From assembly GCA_963704355.1 (NCBI GenBank), contig OY969891.1:495475-559474 (forward strand): a stretch of DNA of 64,000 nt, read 5' to 3'. Origin of the DNA: an uncultured Acidimicrobiaceae bacterium (GTDB taxonomy: Bacteria > Actinomycetota > Acidimicrobiia > Acidimicrobiales > RAAP-2). Both the position numbers and the translations under genes were made by a program. The stretch's first letter is position 1. Each line of letters starts with the position of its first letter. Shown piece by piece: positions 57,563 to 64,000 of the stretch. Below the pieces are notes generated by a model. The model was not told where the DNA came from and did no database searches. It saw only the letters and a list, made by a program, of their open reading frames with translations.

Positions 57563-59002
57563 GTGCAGTCCACGTCGGTTCCCGAACGGTTCCGCCCCTA
57601 TGTCGAGGCCACCGAGGAGCTCGCGCGCCGGTTCACGGCGGCGGGCCGAACGTTGTATTTGGTGGGTGGATCCGTACGGGACGCGCTCTTCCCTGGAGCG
57701 GGCGGAGCGGGCGCCGCGGAGGGGCCCGTGGGCTCGGACCTGGACCTGACCACCGACGCCAGGCCGGACGAGATCGAGCGATTGGTGCGCGGCTGGGCGG
57801 ACGACGTGTGGACCCAGGGTGCGCGCTTCGGCACGATCGGGTGCCGCAAGGGGTCCCACGTCTACGAGATCACCACCCATCGGGCCGAGGTCTACGTGCC
57901 CGAGTCGAGGAAGCCCGAGGTGACGTTCGGCGACGACATCACCGTGGACCTGTCGCGGCGGGACTTCACCATCAACGCGCTTGCGCTGCGCCTGCCCGAC
58001 ATGGAGCTGATCGATCCCTTCGACGGCCTGGCCGACCTGGCCGCAGGGCGGCTGCGCACCCCACTCGATCCGGAGGTGTCCTTCGGCGATGACCCGCTGC
58101 GCATGCTGCGGGCGGCGCGGTTCAAGGCTCGGTTCTCCCTCGAGCCTGACCCGGCGCTGACCGATGCCGTCGTCCGCCTCCACGGTCGGCTGTCGATCGT
58201 CTCCGCCGAGCGCATCCGGGACGAGCTCGACAAGATGATCATGCTCGACGTGCCCTCGACGGCGTTGTGGTTCGTCGTCCGCACCGGCTTGGCGGACGAG
58301 TTCTTGCCCGAGCTGCCGGCGATGGCGCTCGAGCAAGACCCGATCCACCGGCACAAGGATGTGCTGGCGCACACGCTCGCCGTCGTCGACAAGACGTCGA
58401 AGAACCGGCTGCTGCGACTGGCGGCGCTCTTCCACGACGTCGGCAAGCCGCGGACGCGCGCGATTACCGACGGCGGAGTGAGCTTCCACCACCACGAGGT
58501 GGTGGGGGCGCGCATGACGCGAGCCCGCATGGAAGCGCTGCGCTATCCGAGCGCCGACGTGGACACCGTCGTCCGCCTCGTCGAGTTGCACCTGCGCTTC
58601 CACACCTACCGGCTGGGATGGACGGACAAGGCCGTCCGGCGCTACGTCCGAGACGCCGGGCAGTATCTCGACATGCTGAACGAGCTGACGCGCTGCGACT
58701 GCACGACGCGGAACGCGGCGAAGGCGCGCGCCCTGGCGCGGCGCATGGACGAGCTCCAGGCGCGGATCGCCGAGCTGCGGGCACAAGAGGAGCTCGATGC
58801 GTTGCGGCCCGATCTGTCGGGCAACCAGGTCATGGAGCTGCTCGGCATCGGGCCGGGGCCGGCCGTGGGCCGGGCGCTGGCCTTCCTGATGGACCTGCGG
58901 CTCGACGAGGGGCCGCTTGGCGAGGAGGAGGCGGCCGTCCGCTTGCAGTCGTGGTGGGACGAGGAGCGGGCGGGCTCGGGTCGCGGGCAGGGCGACGGCT
59001 GA
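57563..59002 (+). CDS. cca: CCA tRNA nucleotidyltransferase / poly(A) polymerase family with HD domain
   Basis: LYLVGGSVRDALF, DLDLTTDARP, RRDFTINALA and HD region HRHKDVLAHT..LFHDVGKP. Confidence 0.9.
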   Translation: MQSTSVPERFRPYVEATEELARRFTAAGRTLYLVGGSVRDALFPGAGGAGAAEGPVGSDLDLTTDARPDEIERLVRGWADDVWTQGARFGTIGCRKGSHVYEITTHRAEVYVPESRKPEVTFGDDITVDLSRRDFTINALALRLPDMELIDPFDGLADLAAGRLRTPLDPEVSFGDDPLRMLRAARFKARFSLEPDPALTDAVVRLHGRLSIVSAERIRDELDKMIMLDVPSTALWFVVRTGLADEFLPELPAMALEQDPIHRHKDVLAHTLAVVDKTSKNRLLRLAALFHDVGKPRTRAITDGGVSFHHHEVVGARMTRARMEALRYPSADVDTVVRLVELHLRFHTYRLGWTDKAVRRYVRDAGQYLDMLNELTRCDCTTRNAAKARALARRMDELQARIAELRAQEELDALRPDLSGNQVMELLGIGPGPAVGRALAFLMDLRLDEGPLGEEEAAVRLQSWWDEERAGSGRGQGDG

Positions 59003-59037
59003 GCAGCGGGGCGGCGGACCGGGCTACCGTCGGCACC

Positions 59038-59523
59038 ATGACGCGCATTCAGGCACCGGACAGCGGCATGGGGGAGCACATCGACTGGGCGCTCCTGCGC
59101 CCGGAGATGGCGGCGGGCATGGGAAAGCTCTCGGCGGCCGTCTACGGCAACTCACAGCTGTCCGTGCGCGAGCGCGAGGCGGCGCGGTGGACGATCGCGC
59201 TGATCAACGACTGCGCCGTGTGCCGTGACACCCGGGCCCGTGACGGCGAGCAGGTCGGCGCGGGCGAGCCCTTCTACGCCGAAGTCACCGACTGGCGCGC
59301 CGCGACGGGATTGAGCGAGCGGGAGCGGCTGGCGGCCGAGTTCGCGGAGCGGTTCGCCATTGACCACCTGGCCATGGACGAGGACTTGTGGGGTCGCCTG
59401 CACGCCGCCTACTCCGACGCCGAGCTGGCCGACCTCACGATCTGCTGCGGCTGCTTCCTCGGGATGGGCCGGACGCTCGCCGTCGTCGGGGCGCGGGCGC
59501 CCGACGAGCGCATTCTCGTCTGA
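59038..59523 (+). CDS. carboxymuconolactone decarboxylase (AhpD-like) family protein
   Basis: 161 aa with a CxxC-containing core (LINDCAVCRD) in an all-helical AhpD-like context. ATG at 59038 lies in frame in ORF 58267..59523. Confidence 0.6.
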   Translation: MTRIQAPDSGMGEHIDWALLRPEMAAGMGKLSAAVYGNSQLSVREREAARWTIALINDCAVCRDTRARDGEQVGAGEPFYAEVTDWRAATGLSERERLAAEFAERFAIDHLAMDEDLWGRLHAAYSDAELADLTICCGCFLGMGRTLAVVGARAPDERILV

Positions 59524-59566
59524 ACCGCTTGTACGGTTCCGGCGGTTCGGCTGGGGCCTCCGCGGG

Positions 59567-60667
59567 TCAGTCGGCCGGCCAGGTCCCTTGCGTCTCGCCG
59601 GCCTCGAAGGCCTCGACCATGGCGTGGGCGACGTCGTCGTGGTACTGCACCGGCGGCGACTTCATGAAGTAGGCGGAAGGGCCGAGCAGTGGGCCGCCGA
59701 TACCGCGGTCGAGTGCCAGCTTGGCGCAGCGGACGGCGTCGATGATCACGCCCGCTGAGTTGGGTGAGTCCCACACCTCGAGCTTGAGCTCCAGGTTCAG
59801 CGGCACATCGCCGAAGTTGCGGCCCTCCATGCGGATGTAGGCCCACTTGCGGTCCTTCAGCCACGGCACGTGGTCGGACGGCCCGACGTGGATGTCGTCC
59901 GCGTCGAGCACGTTGTCCTCGATCTGGCTGGTGACGGCCTGGGTCTTCGAGACCTTCTTCGACTCGAGACGCTCACGCTCGAGCATGTTCTTGAAGTCCA
60001 TGTTCCCGCCGAAGTTGAGCTGGTAGGTGTGGTCGAGGGCGAGACCACGGTCCTCGAACAAGCGGGTGAGGATGCGGTGGACGATGGTGGAGCCCACCTG
60101 GCTCTTGATGTCGTCACCCACGATGGGCACGCCGGCGTCACGGAATTTGCGGGCCCACTCGGGGTCCGACGCGATGAAGACCGGGATGGCGTTGACGAAG
60201 GCCACCCCGGCGTCGAGGCAGGCCTGGGCGTAGTGGCGCTGGGCCTGCTCGGAGCCGACGGGCAGGTACGAGACCAGCACGTCCGCCCGGGCGTCCCGCA
60301 ATGCCTGTGCGACGTCCACCGCTTCGACCGGGGACTCCTCGACGATCTCCTTGTAGTACTTCCCGAGGCCGTCGAGCGTCGGCCCGCGCTGGACAGTGAC
60401 CCCGAGCTCGCCCACCTCGGCGAAGCGGACCGTGTTGTTGTGGCCGGCATGGATCGCCTTGCCGAGGTCGGTGCCGACCTTGGTCTGGTCCACGTCGAAC
60501 GCCGCCACGGGCACCAGGTCATGGACGTGGTACCCGCCGAGCTCCACGTGCATCAGCCCGGGTACGACGTCGTCGGGATGGGCGGCGCGGTAGTACGTGA
60601 TCCCCTGGACGAGCGAACTGGCGCAATTGCCGACGCCGGCAATCGCGAGGCGGATGGGGCTGGACAT
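59567..60667 (-). CDS. ino1: inositol-3-phosphate synthase
   Basis: [38 protein letters not shown] and NFGGNMDF are typical of actinobacterial Ino1. 366 aa, next to padR as in mycobacteria. Confidence 0.9.
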   Translation of the reverse strand: MSSPIRLAIAGVGNCASSLVQGITYYRAAHPDDVVPGLMHVELGGYHVHDLVPVAAFDVDQTKVGTDLGKAIHAGHNNTVRFAEVGELGVTVQRGPTLDGLGKYYKEIVEESPVEAVDVAQALRDARADVLVSYLPVGSEQAQRHYAQACLDAGVAFVNAIPVFIASDPEWARKFRDAGVPIVGDDIKSQVGSTIVHRILTRLFEDRGLALDHTYQLNFGGNMDFKNMLERERLESKKVSKTQAVTSQIEDNVLDADDIHVGPSDHVPWLKDRKWAYIRMEGRNFGDVPLNLELKLEVWDSPNSAGVIIDAVRCAKLALDRGIGGPLLGPSAYFMKSPPVQYHDDVAHAMVEAFEAGETQGTWPAD

Positions 60668-60710
60668 TGACGGGTCTCCTTCTGTTATCCGGTGGTGCGA
60701 GTCGTGGTCC

Positions 60711-61370
60711 TCAAAGGACCGGCTCGGGGTTGGCGACCCCGGCTCCGGCCTCGGGGGCTCCAGCGACTCCTGCGGTGGCGAGCGAGGCGCGCTCGGAAGC
60801 GATCAGCGTGTCGAGCCAGCTGATGTCGCGAGCGACGCCGTCGGCCGTGTGCTGCACGACCGAGCGGGCGTAGACGTCGAGATCCTCGCCGGCGTTCTGC
60901 GTCTCACCGAGGCGTTGGACCAGAAGGGCGCGCCGGCGCTCCAGCAGGGCCAGGCGGGCCTGCGGTGCGAGGTGCCGGGCGAAGGCCAGGCGGAGCCCGA
61001 AACTGCGGGCGTCGTCGGCCGCTCCGCTGCCCGCCAGTAGCTCAGTGAAGAGCTGCCGACCGGCGTCGGTGATCCGGTACACCTTGCGGCCTCGGCGACC
61101 GCGGGCGGGGGAGTGACGCCGGGCGCGCAGCACAGCGAGTTCCCCGCTGAGCGATCCGGTGGGGGGGGCCGGCGCGGGTGGGGCGCTCTCGGACGAGGCG
61201 CCCTCGGTGGCGACCACGGCACCCGCCTTCTCAAGCCGGGTCAGCGCCGGGTAGATGGAGCCGAAGGAGACGTTGGCGAGGATCCCCAGGTGCTCACGCA
61301 GCCGCCGGCGGATCTCGTAGCCGTGGAGGTCACGCTCCTCGAGGAGGCCCAGAATGGCCATGTCCAACAT
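60711..61370 (-). CDS. PadR-family transcriptional regulator
   Basis: N-terminal winged helix [33 protein letters not shown]. 219 aa. Confidence 0.85.
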   Translation of the reverse strand: MLDMAILGLLEERDLHGYEIRRRLREHLGILANVSFGSIYPALTRLEKAGAVVATEGASSESAPPAPAPPTGSLSGELAVLRARRHSPARGRRGRKVYRITDAGRQLFTELLAGSGAADDARSFGLRLAFARHLAPQARLALLERRRALLVQRLGETQNAGEDLDVYARSVVQHTADGVARDISWLDTLIASERASLATAGVAGAPEAGAGVANPEPVL

Positions 61371-61380
61371 TGCGAAGCAG

Positions 61381-61397
61381 TATATCGAATCGATATA
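61381..61397. promoter_or_regulatory. 17-bp perfect palindrome TATATCGA-A-TCGATATA, candidate PadR operator
   Basis: Read directly. It lies 11 nt upstream of the padR start codon, in the AT-richer padR/DUF5318 divergent intergenic region. Confidence 0.45.
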
Positions 61398-61516
61398 GCG
61401 TTGTACAGGGATTCGTCACAGAGGCGTCACGACGATGCCCGAATCAGGCACGAGGGCGTTGGAATTTGGGCTCGGGGTGGGTGGGCTCCGAAGAGCCGAG
61501 AGGTAGCCTGGCCGCC

Positions 61517-61969
61517 GTGTCAGTCACCTCGGAGCCGAGGTCATCTTCCCGGGCGGTCAGCCCCGACGTCACGGCCCAGGTGGAATACCGGATCGTCCGC
61601 AACGGCTTGGTCAGAGACGTCGAACGCGGCCGGGTGCTCCGCACCGACGTATGCGACGCCCACCCCGAACTCCTGCGGGCGGCACGCAACGTTGGCCGTC
61701 CGACCAAGGAGGTTTGCCCGATCTGCGACGAAGGGCGGGTCGTGACCGTCACTTTCGTGTTCGGGGCGAAGCTGCCGCCCGGTGGACGGTGTCCCGGGAC
61801 GGCCGCCGAACTCAAGGCGCTGTGCCGGCGACCGGAGCCCGTCCTCTGTTACGAGGTCGAGGTATGCCCCGCGTGCGCCTGGCATCACCTGATGCGCAAG
61901 TACCCGGCCGGGGGCGGGCGTCGTCGGAGCCGGACGCCCATGCAGCCCGACAAGGGGACGCCGAAGTGA
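61517..61969 (+). CDS. DUF5318-like four-Cys protein
   Basis: GTG at 61517. CPICDEG..CPACAWHH is a zinc-ribbon-like pair. Conserved partner of padR/ino1 in actinobacteria, and its stop overlaps the panB start (GTGA). Confidence 0.6.
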   Translation: MSVTSEPRSSSRAVSPDVTAQVEYRIVRNGLVRDVERGRVLRTDVCDAHPELLRAARNVGRPTKEVCPICDEGRVVTVTFVFGAKLPPGGRCPGTAAELKALCRRPEPVLCYEVEVCPACAWHHLMRKYPAGGGRRRSRTPMQPDKGTPK

Positions 61970-62805
61970 CACACGGGCCCGTCACCGTCCCTTCACTGCG
62001 GGCCCGGAAGCGACACAACGGCGACACCCCGATCGTGATGGTGACGGCCTACGACGAGCCGGGGGCGCGCATCGTTTCGGACGGAGGCGCCGACATCATC
62101 CTGGTGGGTGACTCGGTCGCCAACAACGTCCTCGGCTATCCCGACACGCTGCACGTTGACATCGGGGTCATGGCGCACCACACCGCGGCGGTGGCCCGGG
62201 CGAAGCCGCACTCCCTGATCCTGGGCGACATGCCGTGGATGAGCTACCACCTGTCGCCCGACGACGCCGTGCGCAACGCGGCGACCCTGATCCGCGCCGG
62301 CGCACAAGCCGTGAAGCTCGAGGGGGGGCGGGCCCGGCTGCCGGTGGTCGAGGCCATCATCAAGGCGGAGATCCCGGTCATGGGCCACCTGGGACTGACC
62401 CCCCAATCGGTCCTCGCCATGGGCGGCTTCCGGGTGCAAGGCAAGAGCGTCGACGCCGCGACTGCGCTGCTCGACGCGGCGAAGGCCCTCAGCGTGGCTG
62501 GCTGCTTCGGCTTCGTGATCGAGGGCGTGCCCGACGTGGTCGGGGCAGCCGTCACCGAGGCCCTGGACGTGCCGACGATCGGTATCGGGGCCGGGCCCTC
62601 CTGCGACGGACAGGTGTTGGTGTTCCACGACCTGCTCGGGTTGGGGTCGGGAACCCCGCCCAAGTTCGTGCGGCGGTACGCCGAGGTGGGGCGAATCGCC
62701 ACCGAGGCGATCGCGGCCTTCGCCGAGGATGTCCGCAGCGGGCGGTTCCCGAGCGATGCCGAGACCTACCACGGCCCGGAGGGCCTGGGGGACGCCCTGG
62801 CCTGA
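61966..62805 (+). CDS. panB: 3-methyl-2-oxobutanoate hydroxymethyltransferase
   Basis: VMVTAYD, ILVGDS, VKLEGG, GHLGLTPQS and VIEGVP are KPHMT motifs. 279 aa. Confidence 0.92.
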   Translation: MTHGPVTVPSLRARKRHNGDTPIVMVTAYDEPGARIVSDGGADIILVGDSVANNVLGYPDTLHVDIGVMAHHTAAVARAKPHSLILGDMPWMSYHLSPDDAVRNAATLIRAGAQAVKLEGGRARLPVVEAIIKAEIPVMGHLGLTPQSVLAMGGFRVQGKSVDAATALLDAAKALSVAGCFGFVIEGVPDVVGAAVTEALDVPTIGIGAGPSCDGQVLVFHDLLGLGSGTPPKFVRRYAEVGRIATEAIAAFAEDVRSGRFPSDAETYHGPEGLGDALA

Positions 62806-62895
62806 GCCGGGCTACCATGGTCGTCCGCAAGAGACCCTGCTCCTGACCGTCAGGAGCCCGGGGTGACACCCGGTCCAGAGGGAGGTACGCCGCAC

Positions 62896-63222
62896 ATGCG
62901 GCCTTACGAAGTCATGGCCATCTTCGAGGCCACCACCGAACCGAGCGTGATCCAGGGTGTCCTCGACCGTGCGCTCGAGGTCATTCGTACCACGGGAGGC
63001 AACCCAGGTGCGATCGACCGCTGGGGGAAGCGCACCTTCGCCTACGAGGTGAACCACAAGCGCGAGGGTTACTACGTCGTGGTTGAGTTCACGGCCGAGC
63101 CAGAGACAGTGGCCGCGCTCGATCGCATGCTCGGCCTGGCCGACGAGGTCGTGCGCCACAAGGTGATCCGCCTGCCCGAGGGAGCGCGCGCCGCCGCGGC
63201 TTCCGAAGCAGCGGCGAGCTGA
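62896..63222 (+). CDS. rpsF: 30S ribosomal protein S6
   Basis: MRPYEVMAIF...WGKRTFAYEVNHKREGYYVVV is the canonical S6 sequence. Confidence 0.93.
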   Translation: MRPYEVMAIFEATTEPSVIQGVLDRALEVIRTTGGNPGAIDRWGKRTFAYEVNHKREGYYVVVEFTAEPETVAALDRMLGLADEVVRHKVIRLPEGARAAAASEAAAS

Positions 63223-63241
63223 CGGCAGGAGAGGAGCAGAG

Positions 63242-63724
63242 ATGGCGACAGACAACAGCGTGACGCTCGTGGGCAACGTGACCCGTGACCCCGAGCTCCG
63301 ATTCACCAACACCGGCCAGGCAAACGTGACGTTCGGGTTGGCCGTCAACCGGCGCTGGCAGAACCGCCAGACCCAGGAGTGGGAGGAAGCGACCTCTTTC
63401 TTCGACGTCGTCTGCTGGCGCGAGATGGCAGAGAACGTGAGTGAGACGATCACACGGGGCGCGCGGGTGATGGTCGCCGGTCGGCTCGAGCAGCGCAGCT
63501 GGGAAACCCAGGAGGGCGAGCGGCGATCGAAGGTCGAGGTCGTGGCGGACGAGATCGGGCCGTCGCTGCGGTGGGCCACCGCGCAGATCGTGAAGAACGA
63601 ACGCCGCGGCGGCGGGGACTCGGGCCGCGGTGGTGGAGGAGGCGGCGGGCGGGCGCCGGCGCCGGCGCCACAGCCGGCCGCCGAGACCGGTGGCGGCTAC
63701 GGATTCGACGAGGAGCCCTTCTGA
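63242..63724 (+). CDS. ssb: single-stranded DNA-binding protein
   Basis: OB-fold text [16 protein letters not shown], a Gly-rich linker and the acidic tip GFDEEPF. Confidence 0.95.
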   Translation: MATDNSVTLVGNVTRDPELRFTNTGQANVTFGLAVNRRWQNRQTQEWEEATSFFDVVCWREMAENVSETITRGARVMVAGRLEQRSWETQEGERRSKVEVVADEIGPSLRWATAQIVKNERRGGGDSGRGGGGGGGRAPAPAPQPAAETGGGYGFDEEPF

Positions 63725-64000
63725 TGGCACGCAACAATCAACGAAGCGGGTCGGCGGCTCGCCGTGCGCCGAAGGACCTGGGCCGGCGAGTCAAGAAGAA
63801 GCCGTGCGCGCTCTGCCGCGACAAGGTCGAGTGGGTGGACTACAAGGACGTTCCCATGCTGCGCAAGTACATGAGCGACCGCGGCAAGATCCGTTCGCGC
63901 CGGGTGACAGGGAACTGTGCGCAGCACCAGCGGGCCCTGGCGATGGCGATCAAGACGGCGCGGGAGCTTGTGCTGTTGCCCTACACGCAGCGCACGGTGA
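63724..64000 (+). CDS. rpsR: 30S ribosomal protein S18 (3' end runs to or just past the window edge)
   Basis: ATG at 63724 overlaps the ssb stop. [43 protein letters not shown] is the canonical S18 sequence. No stop codon occurs before position 64000. Confidence 0.9.
   Translation, partial: MARNNQRSGSAARRAPKDLGRRVKKKPCALCRDKVEWVDYKDVPMLRKYMSDRGKIRSRRVTGNCAQHQRALAMAIKTARELVLLPYTQRTV

Overview
High-GC actinobacterial (Actinomycetota-type) chromosome segment spanning the replication origin; genus cannot be assigned from sequence alone. Origin core: rpmH-rnpA-yidD-yidC-jag-rsmG-parA-parB on the + strand (43.7-50.0 kb) lies divergent from dnaA-dnaN-recF-dciA(DUF721)-gyrB-gyrA on the - strand (43.5-34.6 kb). 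A short candidate oriC sits between dnaA and dnaN, and two parS sites lie upstream of parA. Left arm: crgA, trpG, the pknB/pstP/fhaB/fhaA cell-division signalling block ending at tRNA-Leu(CAG), a 5-repeat secreted protein, catabolic genes (amidohydrolase, mmsA, MFS, WS/DGAT), a GAF histidine kinase with a divergent LuxR regulator, a degenerate GGDEF protein, RNase D, an acyl-CoA ligase and an aldo/keto reductase. It also holds the most unusual locus (26.9-30.4 kb): a multi-repeat chaplin-like LAxTG-anchored protein followed by two paralogous single-pass membrane proteins. Right arm: cwlM-trxA-trxB-small membrane protein-degV-murJ-DUF6049, cca, an AhpD-like gene, ino1-padR, DUF5318-panB and rpsF-ssb-rpsR. 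The gene blocks match those around the Mycobacterium origin, but some are inverted or moved to the other side of dnaA. I saw no rRNA, CRISPR array, transposase, integrase or phage genes. Two genes (gyrB and the DUF6049-like gene) carry apparent 1-nt frameshifts, which suggests indel errors or real lesions. Many very long ORFs in the supplied track are antisense or off-frame shadows typical of high-GC DNA and were not called. All family assignments come from reading motifs in the translations; no database search was run.
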